Below are positions 1 to 10,069 of a DNA stretch of 64,000 bases, piece by piece. Source of the stretch: Candidatus Omnitrophota bacterium (lineage in GTDB: Bacteria; Omnitrophota; Gorgyraeia; Zapsychrales; Fredricksoniimonadaceae). The notes beneath the pieces were generated by a model that was not told the DNA's origin, searched no databases, and saw only the letters and a program-made list of their open reading frames with translations. Where the stretch lies: assembly GCA_903901225.1 (NCBI GenBank), contig CAIUQE010000020.1, positions 5,092-69,091 on the forward strand. The letters are read 5' to 3'. Each line of letters opens with the position of its first letter. Position 1 is the stretch's first letter. Both the position numbers and the translations under genes were made by a program.

Positions 1-6
1 ATTTTT

Positions 7-930
7 GTGACAGAATTCTTTCCCTTCGGTCGCCTCAATTACATGCCGGAACTTTTACCAACGCTGCAGCACTTGCGCCGGAGAAATGTCGCCATCTACG
101 CGAGCATCGGGTATCCTTACCTGTTAAACCTGTCCGACATGAAGGAAGCAAAATTCAGGGATATGCTGGGACAACTCCTGCAGCTTTATGACAAGATCCT
201 CATCCATACGCCGCCGGGTCTGGAAGATCCCTATTTCGCAAAAACCATATCGTCACCGGGCCCGCAACGGCGTTACCGTGAATTCTTTGACGGGATCAAA
301 GAAAAGATCATCTACACGGGCTATGTCGTGCCCGGCAAGGTATTGAAAGGCACCGCGCCCCTTCCATCGGCAACAACCTCTGGCCAGAGCACGGTCGTCG
401 TCAGCCGCGGTGGCGGCGCGGTCTATCCCAAAGTGATCCTTAACGCCATCCGGGCCCAGGCCCTCCTTGGCAACGCGTATCGCTTCATCATCGCCTGCGG
501 CCCCGCCACATCCGTCGCGGAACAAAAACTTTTTGACCTGCACGTTCGGAAATACGGCACGGGCAATGTCATTTTGCATCGCCATATCCCCAACCTCGGC
601 GAGCTTCTGGCCACCTGTGACGTGTCCGTAAGCCTGGGCGGTTACAACACCGCGGTCCAGTTGATGCGCGCGGGCGCACGGGCGATCATCATCCCGCACC
701 ACATCAAGGACGCGCCCCTCGCCACCACCGACCAGCTGGCACGCGCCCGTCTGATGAAAGAAAAATTCCAAAGCACGGTCATTGACTACGCCGACCTTAC
801 GCCCGTCAAATTGGCGCGCGCCATCGAGAAAAAATGCCGCGCGCCGCGCCCGGGTCAGGCACCAACCGTCTGGTTCGGCGGCGCAACGTCATCAGCAAAC
901 ATCCTCATGAAATACAGGCCGGATAAATAA
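7..930 (+). CDS. GT-B fold glycosyltransferase-like protein (MGT/GT28-like), 5' end may be cut by the window edge; paralog of the next gene
   Basis: Shares FFPFGR..YIPELLP..IYASIGYP..VVVSRGGGAVYPKVI..GGYNT with the C-terminal two thirds of ORF 946-2178; the first in-frame Met lies at the window start, so the true N-terminus is probably upstream. Confidence 0.55.
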   Translation: MTEFFPFGRLNYMPELLPTLQHLRRRNVAIYASIGYPYLLNLSDMKEAKFRDMLGQLLQLYDKILIHTPPGLEDPYFAKTISSPGPQRRYREFFDGIKEKIIYTGYVVPGKVLKGTAPLPSATTSGQSTVVVSRGGGAVYPKVILNAIRAQALLGNAYRFIIACGPATSVAEQKLFDLHVRKYGTGNVILHRHIPNLGELLATCDVSVSLGGYNTAVQLMRAGARAIIIPHHIKDAPLATTDQLARARLMKEKFQSTVIDYADLTPVKLARAIEKKCRAPRPGQAPTVWFGGATSSANILMKYRPDK

Positions 931-945
931 TTACGTAAAAATACA

Positions 946-2178
946 ATGGCGAACCCAAAAAAGATCCTTATCCACTACACGCACAAAGGTACGCTTGGGC
1001 ACACGACCCGCATCCAGAGCCTCTGCCATGAACTTGTCAGGCAATACGGCGCGCGCGTCAAGATCCATGTCCTGCAGGGGGGACTACCCCAGCCGTTCAT
1101 CCGGTTCCCGCGGCAGGTACGGCTGATCCCCATCCCGGCACCTTTTGATTCACGGGCAAGTTTCCGCATCGGTCGGAAGATCCAGAAGAATGACCGCCTC
1201 CGCAGCCATTTTGTCCTGAAAATAGCGCAACGCATCGAGCCCGATGTTTTCCTGACCGAATTCTTCCCCTTCGGACGGCAGGATTACATCCCGGAACTCC
1301 TGCCCGCTCTCCAGGCGTTACACCGCCAGGGCACACGCATTTACGCCAGTATCGGTTACCCCTGTTGCGTTGACCAGATCGACGGGCAGAACAGGGACCT
1401 GGCCGCTGGCCGCGCCGGGATCATCACGCTTTACGACAAGATCTTCATCCACACGCCCGAAGGCCTCGAGAACCGCTATTTCCAGAAGACCCTCCCCACC
1501 CCGGCCCTTCGGCATAACTACGCCAATTTTTACCGTGCGATCGCCCCAAAAACCATTTACACCGGCTACATCGTCCCGGCCAGGCCGGGCAGCACACCGC
1601 GGCGCGCCGCGCTGACACGCCATACGCCCGGAAAATATTCTGTGGTCGTCAGCCGTGGCGGCGGCGCGGTTTACCCGAAGGTCATCATCAATGCCGTCAA
1701 GGCCCAAAAGATCCTCGGAGATAAATACCGCCTTATCATAGCCCTTGGCCCGTCAACCAGCCCGGCGGAACAAAAGGTCTTTCAAATGGTCCTGAAAGAT
1801 CACCCGTCAAGGAACATCGCCATCCTTGACGACATACCGGACCTTCCCTATTTCCTGGAACGCTGCGACACCTCCGTCAGCCTGTGCGGTTACAACACCT
1901 CCGTGCAACTCCTGGGCGCGAGGATCCCCGGCATCGTGGTGCCGTTCGTCAATCCCAATTCACCCTTCCCGTCGAATGAACAGTCCGCGCGCGCCCTGCT
2001 CTTGCGCGACCACGGCGGAAGTTCTGTCCTTCCTTACAACAAAATGACACCCGAAGCCATTGCTGGGACTATCCGTGAGAAATGTGAGAACGGCAGGAAT
2101 GTGTTCAAAAGTCCCGCGGGCTGGTTCAACGGGGCCTCGAACACGGCTGGCTTACTTATGCAAGATGAGCGGCGTTAA
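946..2178 (+). CDS. GT-B fold glycosyltransferase-like protein (full-length paralog)
   Basis: 410-aa ORF; the N-terminal KKILIHYTHKGTLGH resembles the N-terminal Gly-rich nucleotide-sugar site of MurG/MGT-type enzymes; the C-terminal half is homologous to ORF 7-930. Confidence 0.55.
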   Translation: MANPKKILIHYTHKGTLGHTTRIQSLCHELVRQYGARVKIHVLQGGLPQPFIRFPRQVRLIPIPAPFDSRASFRIGRKIQKNDRLRSHFVLKIAQRIEPDVFLTEFFPFGRQDYIPELLPALQALHRQGTRIYASIGYPCCVDQIDGQNRDLAAGRAGIITLYDKIFIHTPEGLENRYFQKTLPTPALRHNYANFYRAIAPKTIYTGYIVPARPGSTPRRAALTRHTPGKYSVVVSRGGGAVYPKVIINAVKAQKILGDKYRLIIALGPSTSPAEQKVFQMVLKDHPSRNIAILDDIPDLPYFLERCDTSVSLCGYNTSVQLLGARIPGIVVPFVNPNSPFPSNEQSARALLLRDHGGSSVLPYNKMTPEAIAGTIREKCENGRNVFKSPAGWFNGASNTAGLLMQDERR

Positions 2179-3148
2179 AATCCTTGAGAAAACCATGGTA
2201 GGCGAAACATCCCGGGCAAGCGGCTGTTGAGCCTTTCTTGATGTGGGCATCACGAGCCGCGAAGAAGGCTTTGGAACAAAAATTATCGTCGTGGATCGAA
2301 CCCGCGGGCGCCATGTAAAGGCAAGGATGGACATCGCCCCGCGACGTTATAAACAGGCACCGGCGGGGTGTCGCGCATTCCCTGATCGCTCCAGTCCCCT
2401 CCTCCACAAGGCGCAGGAGCATCTTGAGCATTTTCGGCTGGAGTGCTTTTACCGGGACACGGGCTTCCTGCTGCAATATCCTCAGGATCTGCGCGCGCAA
2501 CACCGGAAGGATCTCCTCCCCGCGGACCTCCGGCCTTTTTCCAACGGCACCGCGGTGATAATACGCCGGCACGTTCCCTTCAACAACTTTCGGCGTGAAA
2601 CGGAACCCGTGCGCGCGGGCAAGTTCATACACATCAAATAATTCGCGGCAGTTCACCCCGCTCACCGTGAATTTAAGCTCCACATCGAACATCCCGCCAT
2701 AGCGCCCGCTGAGCCGCCGTAATGTCTTCATTGTCTGACGGTAGGCGTCGCGCCCCCGCAGCGCGTCATGGGTCTTTTCCAGTCCATCCACACTGATCCC
2801 GATGCCCATGCCGGCAAGAATGGCCGCGTCCTTCTTCAGGACCCTGTCAATAATATCCGGGAATGCCCCGCTGGAATAAACCCCAAAGGAGCGGATATGT
2901 CGCCGGGCACGCCAGGCCGCGAGGGTTTTCAATATGCCCGCGATATCCGGATGCAGGAACGATTCCCCTCCGGTGATCGATATCCCGTGGATCCGGAACG
3001 ACGCGTGGAGGCTTTTCAACGTTGCCGTTAGCAGCGGAAGGGGTAGCTCATAAAGGCGCTTTTCCCGCCAGATATCGCAGCAGCGGCAACGCAAACGGCA
3101 TTTGTTCGTGACCTCGATGGTCACATCATCGAGACTGGGCTTTGGCAT
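2156..3148 (-). CDS. radical SAM protein with SPASM/twitch-like Cys-rich C-terminus
   Basis: N-terminal CRLRCRCC fits CxxxCxxC; Gly-rich GGESFLH SAM motif; C-terminal C..C..C..CPGC auxiliary-cluster-like cysteines. Confidence 0.75.
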   Translation of the reverse strand: MPKPSLDDVTIEVTNKCRLRCRCCDIWREKRLYELPLPLLTATLKSLHASFRIHGISITGGESFLHPDIAGILKTLAAWRARRHIRSFGVYSSGAFPDIIDRVLKKDAAILAGMGIGISVDGLEKTHDALRGRDAYRQTMKTLRRLSGRYGGMFDVELKFTVSGVNCRELFDVYELARAHGFRFTPKVVEGNVPAYYHRGAVGKRPEVRGEEILPVLRAQILRILQQEARVPVKALQPKMLKMLLRLVEEGTGAIRECATPRRCLFITSRGDVHPCLYMAPAGSIHDDNFCSKAFFAARDAHIKKGSTAACPGCFAYHGFLKDFNAAHLA

Positions 3149-3152
3149 AACT

Positions 3153-4256
3153 TTACACCGTCATGAATTTCCGGCATCCCTCAACAACGCGCAACGCTTT
3201 GTCCTGACTCATGAAGGAATGTATGGGCAAATGCAAGGCCCGCCGATAATACGCATCACTGACGGGGTACTTCCCGCGAGCCACATACCCATGCGCGGAC
3301 ATCAAATGCAGGGGCATATACGGCTTTTGGACAACAATGCCATTATCCGCAAGGAAATCGACGCACGCGTCACGACGATCGCAACAAACCACAAAATTTT
3401 GAGGGACGCTGTCCGCGCCCGCGGGGTCCGTGAATATTTGCAGGCCCTTGATACACCCCAATTCCTTCTCATAAAGCATCTTGATCTTTTTGCGCGACGC
3501 GACGATCTTTTTCAAATGGGTGAATTTCACGCGCAAGGCCACCAAGTCCATGAACGACATCGGAGCGAACCTTTGCCCGAGCTTGAGTAACCCGGGATCG
3601 TTCCGCCAGTCATCCATCCAGCGCCCGATACGCTGGTAAGCCGCCTCATTGCAAACCACCATCCCCCCGCCACCGCCGCACGAAGACAGCGGCTTATAAT
3701 AAGAAAAAGAGAACGCGGCAAAGGCGCCAAAACTGCCGAGCATTTTTCCATTATATGTCGAGCTTTCAGCCTGGCACACATCCTCAATAAGGACGAGCCC
3801 TTTCCTGCGGCAGATCTCCTGCAACGCATCAAGGGCACAAGGCCGTCCAAACATATGCGCCGCGATCACAGCCTTTGTCCTCTTTGTCACGGCGCGGGAT
3901 ACCTGCGCGACATCCAGATTCAGGTCGCGCGCATCCGCATCGACCAGGACCGGCGTCGCCCCCGCGTACACCACCGCCAGCGCCACGGCATGGTACGTCA
4001 GGTTTGGGATGATCACCTCGTCGCCTTTGCCAACCCCGGCCGCCCTCAGGATCATGGCGAGCGCGTCACTGCCGGAGTTCACCGCGAGCGCGCGCTTGAC
4101 GCCGATATACGCGGCAAGATCACGTTCAAATTCCCGGATCAGCGGCTTGATATCGTTCAGCCCCTGCATCGCGCGCAAATACGCCTTCATCTGAGCCGCG
4201 TATTCCGGCGCCAGGGCTTGTTCCACTAGGACTGATTCATAACGGATCTTCGGCAT
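3153..4256 (-). CDS. DegT/DnrJ/EryC1/StrS-family PLP-dependent (sugar) aminotransferase
   Basis: AVNSGSDALAMIL, IIPNLTYHA and SFSYYKPL (Lys-containing PLP motif) are typical of DegT-family enzymes; the alternative start Met at ~4190 would remove the overlap with the next gene. Confidence 0.75.
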   Translation of the reverse strand: MPKIRYESVLVEQALAPEYAAQMKAYLRAMQGLNDIKPLIREFERDLAAYIGVKRALAVNSGSDALAMILRAAGVGKGDEVIIPNLTYHAVALAVVYAGATPVLVDADARDLNLDVAQVSRAVTKRTKAVIAAHMFGRPCALDALQEICRRKGLVLIEDVCQAESSTYNGKMLGSFGAFAAFSFSYYKPLSSCGGGGGMVVCNEAAYQRIGRWMDDWRNDPGLLKLGQRFAPMSFMDLVALRVKFTHLKKIVASRKKIKMLYEKELGCIKGLQIFTDPAGADSVPQNFVVCCDRRDACVDFLADNGIVVQKPYMPLHLMSAHGYVARGKYPVSDAYYRRALHLPIHSFMSQDKALRVVEGCRKFMTV

Positions 4257-5272
4257 GGCATCCTTCCCATGATATCCTGGTCGATACGTTCAATGGCCTC
4301 GCAAAGCCCCAGATAAGCGGAAAAACCCCTGACACGCTTGCCCGGGATTGCGCGCACGGCCAGCCCCGCGTTAAAATTACTCACCTGCCGGTATGTCACG
4401 GCCTTGTTGCCGCAAGCCTTGATAAAACCTTCCAGCGCGCTGAAATAAGCGCGTCCCGATGGCAAGATCAACGGCGCGCTGCCGGAAAGGTCCATCACGT
4501 AAAAATGGCGCCGCACTTTTTCCGGAAAAGATAACAATGTCCAGCTGGGCAGGACCCTGCCCTGCGGGAGGATGACCATATCCCAGGTGCCACGTGCCGG
4601 CGCGCTGTACTCCCGCCCGATCAAACCTTGCCGGCGCTCACGCAATTCCCAGGCACTGGCCTTGCGGTATTCGCGCAGGAACAACGCCGCGGACCGGCGG
4701 TCCCAGTCCTCAAGGAACGCCGGATGCACTTCGATATTCCGGGCACCCAGGCCATCCAGATGCCTGACGTTGGCGAACAAGTCTTGCGCGCCATGCGGAT
4801 AGACGGTCATTGTCGTCGACATAGCGACCCTGGCTTTTTGCAGGACACTGATCGCCCGGCACACACGCTGATAATACCCCGCCCGCGCGCCAGGACGATT
4901 CACCCGCGCCGTGCGCTCATCCCCGTCGGCACCCACTTCAACGTTAACACGGTGTTTCCTGAAGAACGCGGCCTTTGAAGCGTCAAGCAATGTCGCGTTC
5001 GACTGGACAGAAACATACCGGCGCGGGAACGCCGCGCGGACCGCTTTGATCATCTGCCTTGTCCTGTCCCACTCCAGCAAAGGTTCTCCGCCCGAAAGGA
5101 TGAATTCACCCTGCCTTGCCAAACCCGCGCAACGCATCGCGTTGCTGAACACCGCATCAGAGATCACCGCGCGCTGGGTCTTGTGCCTGAAAAAACAGTA
5201 CCCGCAACGGAGATTACATCGGTCCGTCACAAAAAACCAGATATGATTAAGCGGAAATTTTTTTATGGCCAT
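4226..5272 (-). CDS. radical SAM protein
   Basis: CNLRCGYC CxxxCxxC motif and SGGEPLL; paralogous to the next gene. Confidence 0.75.
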   Translation of the reverse strand: MAIKKFPLNHIWFFVTDRCNLRCGYCFFRHKTQRAVISDAVFSNAMRCAGLARQGEFILSGGEPLLEWDRTRQMIKAVRAAFPRRYVSVQSNATLLDASKAAFFRKHRVNVEVGADGDERTARVNRPGARAGYYQRVCRAISVLQKARVAMSTTMTVYPHGAQDLFANVRHLDGLGARNIEVHPAFLEDWDRRSAALFLREYRKASAWELRERRQGLIGREYSAPARGTWDMVILPQGRVLPSWTLLSFPEKVRRHFYVMDLSGSAPLILPSGRAYFSALEGFIKACGNKAVTYRQVSNFNAGLAVRAIPGKRVRGFSAYLGLCEAIERIDQDIMGRMPCRRSVMNQS

Positions 5273-6254
5273 AAGAAAGATGCACCCGTGTCATGAACCG
5301 CATCAGCGGGACGATCTGACGGGTATTGAGATAGTTGCGCCCCATCATCGCGTTCACCATTTCAAAGCCGAACGAAACATGATCGCGATAGGTCCGCCAG
5401 GACGGCCTTTTCCATAAAAGGGCATATCGCCGCCGGTAATACGCGACCATCTGGGGCCGTAACGTCCCGGTCGCCGGGTCCCACAAGCTGAATTTCTTGC
5501 GCGCCTTCCCGGGCAGGCACAGAAAGGCATCACCTAACAGCACATCCCCCGGCGGATGCAGGCTGATATCCATAAGGCCCGCGGGCATGAACTCGCGATC
5601 TTCGCGGGTAAAAAGCATCCGGCGCAATGCCGGTGTCGCAACAATATCCACGTATGCCGCCCTGAAAGCCGCCCGGCGCGCCGCGTCCCAGGGCATGAAC
5701 GCGGCGGGCGTGATATCAACGCACGACAATCCGATGCCTTTCAAAAACCGCAAATTCTCCGCCATACGGGCCACTTCATCAGGATGGACCGTCATGGTGC
5801 AACCGCACGATATCCCCGCGTCGAGCGCCGCGCGGATATTGCGCACAAGGCGGGCGAACATCCCGCGGTCCATCGGCCGTCGCCAGCGGGCTGTTGTTCC
5901 AAGATCCCCGTCTATCCCGAACTCCAGGCCGACGCCCCGGGCGCTCAGCCAGGCAATCTTTGTCCTGTCCAGCATCAGGCCGTTGGTTTGCATGCGCACA
6001 TCGGCGCCGGGGAATCCGGACCGCAGCGCCATCACCAGCTTCTTTACCTTATCCCAGCACATCAATGGCTCTCCACCGCTGATCACGAACGACCGGGGAG
6101 ATCCCCATTCCCGTTTCACCAGCACAAGGAAATTTGCCAGGACCTTCCAGGAAAGGTCATGTTGCCTCTTGTCCCGGAAATAACAATATCCGCACGCCAG
6201 CGGGCAACGTTCGGTCAGGTAGATCACGGCCGAGCGCATACGGATCACCGGCAT
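5247..6254 (-). CDS. radical SAM protein (paralog of 4226-5272)
   Basis: CPLACGYC motif and ISGGEPLM; N-terminal 100 aa align with the previous ORF. Confidence 0.75.
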   Translation of the reverse strand: MPVIRMRSAVIYLTERCPLACGYCYFRDKRQHDLSWKVLANFLVLVKREWGSPRSFVISGGEPLMCWDKVKKLVMALRSGFPGADVRMQTNGLMLDRTKIAWLSARGVGLEFGIDGDLGTTARWRRPMDRGMFARLVRNIRAALDAGISCGCTMTVHPDEVARMAENLRFLKGIGLSCVDITPAAFMPWDAARRAAFRAAYVDIVATPALRRMLFTREDREFMPAGLMDISLHPPGDVLLGDAFLCLPGKARKKFSLWDPATGTLRPQMVAYYRRRYALLWKRPSWRTYRDHVSFGFEMVNAMMGRNYLNTRQIVPLMRFMTRVHLSYGHKKISA

Positions 6255-7066
6255 CTTTCTCTCCCTGACTTTTCAACACGCAACAGATCCGAGAACAAGG
6301 CCAAACGCACGTGGCCCTGATCCCGCAGCAAGGCAAGGAAACGAAAGAATGTTTTGATCGCCGTCATGTCATCCGCGCCCTTGATGGCGCGATGATGGTA
6401 CACAAGGCCGATCACGCCGCGCCCGGCCGCGGCACGGCGCCATTGCGCGATCATGTCACGACTGTCAAACGCCAGCGGGGTCCCGTCAGGGGCATATTTA
6501 TTAAGCGCGACACGGGCGGGAAGGTCAAGAAAAGACCTTCCGGAAAGAGCGGCCTTTTTTCCGGCGGAAAAGATCCTGAATCCCAGGTCTTCGACCGCGT
6601 CAAGTGTCGCCCGGTCATAACCATGGTACGGCGGAATAAATGCCGGCGTGAACATGGCGCCAAACGACCTGTGCATGATCTTCAAGCCAGCACTCATATC
6701 TTTATGTTGACGATCATTAGATCTTCCCGGCCCGAACTCATATTTGGCAACGCCCGCGGCCGCATGGTTCGCATGCTGATACCCGTGCTGGACAATATCC
6801 ACAAGGGCCGGATCGCTCTTTTTGGCGTTCTTCAAAACAACAGCCATGCGTGGTTCGAGGCGCAGCGGAATAACACCATAGATGACAGGCAACCGCAGTT
6901 CTTTCAGAAAACCTGACAATTCAAGGAATACCTCATCATCCGACCAGATATCGTCATCCCGCAGGAAGACGCAGGGCAAAAACATTGCAACTCTGCGCCT
7001 ATCCACCTCACACGCATCAACGATCTTTACCTTGGCATTTCGCCGCTTCGTTGCTAAATTAATCAT
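6245..7066 (-). CDS. NodB/CE4-like polysaccharide deacetylase family protein
   Basis: NodB-like motifs FLRDDDI (TFDD-like), QHGYQHANH (H-x-x-x-H) and IPPYHGY (RPPY-like). Confidence 0.45.
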   Translation of the reverse strand: MINLATKRRNAKVKIVDACEVDRRRVAMFLPCVFLRDDDIWSDDEVFLELSGFLKELRLPVIYGVIPLRLEPRMAVVLKNAKKSDPALVDIVQHGYQHANHAAAGVAKYEFGPGRSNDRQHKDMSAGLKIMHRSFGAMFTPAFIPPYHGYDRATLDAVEDLGFRIFSAGKKAALSGRSFLDLPARVALNKYAPDGTPLAFDSRDMIAQWRRAAAGRGVIGLVYHHRAIKGADDMTAIKTFFRFLALLRDQGHVRLALFSDLLRVEKSGRERCR

Positions 7067-7138
7067 ACGATACGTTCATTTTCCTTCTTTATACGGCCCA
7101 TTGCGGCCTGCTTTGAAAAAGTTCCATGTGATTCTAAC

Positions 7139-8320
7139 ATGCCGCGCAAGGAATATGCCAGTCATTGGTGCCCGGCATCCTTTATATCGGGATCTGTCAT
7201 GAAAACAAGACCAAATGACCCCAATGATCGGGACGAAAGACCGGCAGCCACCCGCCCCGGCGAATTATTGATCTCACTCGGTAATCGCTGCCAGTACCGC
7301 TGCCAATTCTGCGCATATTTAAAAGGCAGGAACCCAAAAGTCCTTTCCGCTTCCGCGTGGATATCCCTGCTGAAAGATGCCCGTAACCTGGGCTTCAAGA
7401 AACTCGAGATCGGCGGCCAGGGAGAGCCCGCTTTATTCAAAGGATTTGTGCGCATCGTGCATGAAGCGCGCGCCCTGGGATTCCGGATAAAGCTCTTAAG
7501 CAATATCCAGCACAAAAAAAATATCCTTGCCATATTACCCGCATTGAGCGAACTGACGGTCAACATGAACGCCCTTGATGAAAAAGGATTCCGCTGCCTG
7601 CACCAGCCGCAAAACCCCGCCTCGTTCAACACCGCCATCGACAACCTGGCTGATGGCGCGCGCCTGATCACTGAAGGAAGATCATCGGCCTTTCTCAATA
7701 TCAGCTATGTCGTTTCAAAAACAACGGCAAGGTCCGTCCTGCTTTTTCCAAAAAAACTTTGGAAGATGCTGCAGCAGCGAACGAACATTCAACACCCTGT
7801 GTATGTTCGCTTCCATCACATCCTGATGGTCCCCAGTAATTATCACCTTTGTCCGGACAGCCGTGACCTGCGGCGCATGATCGTGGCGCTTGATAAGGCC
7901 CAGGATAATGCGTTCCTGATGGCCCATTCCAATATCCGGGACTTCTCGACAGAAACAAAAAAGCTCCTGACTTTTTATAAACTCTGGGGACCATTCACGG
8001 CGGATTCGATCCCCGGCTCAAAAAAACACGCCGCAGCGGGAAAAATATCCCGTCACATCTGGTGCGATGCCGCTGAAAAGATCCTTTTCATTGATTGCGA
8101 CGGCGATGCTTTTGGCTGTTATAATCCGACCAGGACCTTGACCGGCATACCAGCCAGACAGGATGATCTATACCTGGGGAACATTCAGGAAGTCCCGGTA
8201 AGAACAATGCTCCGGCGGGCAAGTAAGATCGGCTGTTTTCATCCTGATATTACCAGGCGATCCTGGAAAGTCTGCGCGGCCTGCGGCCTGAGAACAACAT
8301 GGATGCCACCACACGCCTGA
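7139..8320 (+). CDS. radical SAM protein with SPASM-like C-terminus
   Basis: CQYRCQFC CxxxCxxC motif; C-terminal CDAAE..CDGDAFGC..C..CAAC cysteine cluster. Start uncertain: 7139 or the Met at 7199. Confidence 0.7.
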   Translation: MPRKEYASHWCPASFISGSVMKTRPNDPNDRDERPAATRPGELLISLGNRCQYRCQFCAYLKGRNPKVLSASAWISLLKDARNLGFKKLEIGGQGEPALFKGFVRIVHEARALGFRIKLLSNIQHKKNILAILPALSELTVNMNALDEKGFRCLHQPQNPASFNTAIDNLADGARLITEGRSSAFLNISYVVSKTTARSVLLFPKKLWKMLQQRTNIQHPVYVRFHHILMVPSNYHLCPDSRDLRRMIVALDKAQDNAFLMAHSNIRDFSTETKKLLTFYKLWGPFTADSIPGSKKHAAAGKISRHIWCDAAEKILFIDCDGDAFGCYNPTRTLTGIPARQDDLYLGNIQEVPVRTMLRRASKIGCFHPDITRRSWKVCAACGLRTTWMPPHA

Positions 8321-9150
8321 ATATCCTCCATTACGTCAAGTCAAGAACATCTCCGGGAACAAGCCGCCTGTTGAAGAAATTCTGCTGCCTCAAGCCAAGG
8401 ATCACCGGAAGCCTTGAGATATCCAGCGAATCCACCCAGGGAGCAGGCCGGGATTATGCCCGCCTGGCACTGACCTGCCTGCGCCGTGAACAGGTCATCA
8501 GCCTTTTCGCCGAAGCCGGCCATGCGCGCGCCGCCGTTGAACCCTACATGTTTGATAACCATAAGGACCATTGTTTCGGGATGGGCATCGCGGACTATGA
8601 CGCCACGCGCGACGAACGGCGGATGAAACTGTATAACTACTATCATCTTTCTCTACAGAAAGTCCCCTGGCGCGCCCATATCAGGAAAGTTTGCCATAAG
8701 GCGGGGATCTCCTTGCCGCAAATTGAAAAGGATCTCCTGTATTTCAAAAAAGCGCGGATGTCGGCGGTCGATCTTTATGACAGCGGCAAAGTCGAACTGA
8801 AGGTTTATTTCGGCCCTTTTCTCAGCAGGGATATCACGGGAAAATTCAAAGGACTTTTTAAAAAAAGGACCGTGCTCCGATACAAGGAATTATTATCAAC
8901 CGGCCACCTTCCGGACCTGGTCCTGTTCTGCGCGCGGTATGGCACTCATGGAAGGTCTATAAGGACCGATTTCTGGAACGGCCGGGAACGGCCTCTTGCG
9001 ATCCTCGAAGCATTGGATACGCAAGGCGAAGGACTAAGGTTGTACCATGACCTCGCGGCCATCACCAGCGCATTGCGGCTGACCTTCACATGCGTCGACA
9101 TGGACCAACGCCCAAGGACACAATTTTATTTTGAAATTATAGACTTTTGA
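8299..9150 (+). CDS. hypothetical protein (283 aa); alternating aromatic beta-strand pattern
   Basis: No recognisable motif. Repeated KVYF/LRLYH/FTCVDMD/QFYFEI strand-like segments; sits inside the rSAM cluster and overlaps the upstream gene end by 22 nt. Confidence 0.4.
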   Translation: MDATTRLNILHYVKSRTSPGTSRLLKKFCCLKPRITGSLEISSESTQGAGRDYARLALTCLRREQVISLFAEAGHARAAVEPYMFDNHKDHCFGMGIADYDATRDERRMKLYNYYHLSLQKVPWRAHIRKVCHKAGISLPQIEKDLLYFKKARMSAVDLYDSGKVELKVYFGPFLSRDITGKFKGLFKKRTVLRYKELLSTGHLPDLVLFCARYGTHGRSIRTDFWNGRERPLAILEALDTQGEGLRLYHDLAAITSALRLTFTCVDMDQRPRTQFYFEIIDF

Positions 9151-9196
9151 AAGCGACCTTATGTTCTATTGTCCTGTGTTATAATCAGGCTCTTCT

Positions 9197-10069
9197 ATGG
9201 ACCTTCCCCGCGTGATCTCATCCATCCCTTTTATCCTGATCTGCATAACAGGCGCGCTGACCAGTTATTCGGATATCCGTGAAAAAAAGATCAGGAACAT
9301 CCATTTGTTCATGACAGCTTTTCCCGCCCTGGCGCTCTATGCGGTTTCTTTCTTCACGGCGGGATCCCTATGGCAGGCGCCATTAAGCAGTGCTGTCACC
9401 GCCACAGTGGCGGGCGTATTTTTCTTCAGCATCAACCTTTGGCGCCCCGGGGACGCGAAACTCTTCGTCACATATGCTTTTCTCATGCCGCTCACGGGTT
9501 ATGAACAGGTATTCGCTTTACCGTGCGTCCCTTTGTTCATCAACACATTCCTCATCGGCCTGATCTGCTTTACCCCTTTGTTCCTCTGGTCGGTGCTGAA
9601 GCATCCCAAAACTTTGATCCAGGCAATATTTATGATCAAAGACCCGAAAAACACGCTTATCGCGTTCATGGTCATGATATCCGTATCATGGGCGATCCCT
9701 CATTTATTGGCCATGACTGCGTGGCATATCCAACCCTTCACCCGGTGGATCATCATTTCCACGCTATATTTTCTGATCTTCCGGATGGCATCATACCTGG
9801 AGGAATATCCGCAGATCGTGATCCCCTGCGTTATCATCGGCCTGGGCCTTGGCCTGCGCTGGTCACCGGATTTCTACACGCTGGAACACCTCACCCGCAC
9901 CGTCATGACCCTGTGTGCCTATTCCCTGGGCTTCCAACTGATCCACAACCTGATCCGGCAAACCAGGGACAACAAGGACCGGGTAGCTTTCGCGCCTTTC
10001 CTTTTCGCCGGATGCCTGGCCAGTTACACGCCATTCCTCGGCTGGATGCTGAAGATCTTACACCGATGA
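9197..10069 (+). CDS. peptidase A24 (prepilin peptidase/TadV/CpaA-like) family membrane aspartic peptidase homolog
   Basis: Polytopic membrane protein; SDIREKKIRN matches the first catalytic-Asp motif (D-L-R-x-R-R-I-P-N) and RPGDAKLF matches the second (G-G-D-V-K-L). Its stop overlaps the next start in an ATGA. Confidence 0.55.
   Translation: MDLPRVISSIPFILICITGALTSYSDIREKKIRNIHLFMTAFPALALYAVSFFTAGSLWQAPLSSAVTATVAGVFFFSINLWRPGDAKLFVTYAFLMPLTGYEQVFALPCVPLFINTFLIGLICFTPLFLWSVLKHPKTLIQAIFMIKDPKNTLIAFMVMISVSWAIPHLLAMTAWHIQPFTRWIIISTLYFLIFRMASYLEEYPQIVIPCVIIGLGLGLRWSPDFYTLEHLTRTVMTLCAYSLGFQLIHNLIRQTRDNKDRVAFAPFLFAGCLASYTPFLGWMLKILHR

Noticed and set aside
9523-10065. 5' part of track ORF 9523-11043 (506 aa) overlapping the A24-homolog gene in another frame
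   Set aside because: The radical SAM homology begins only at MKNPSS (10066). The upstream 181 codons are His/Pro/Arg-rich with no homology and overlap a well-supported membrane protein gene. The ATGA junction at 10066-10069 supports the internal start.
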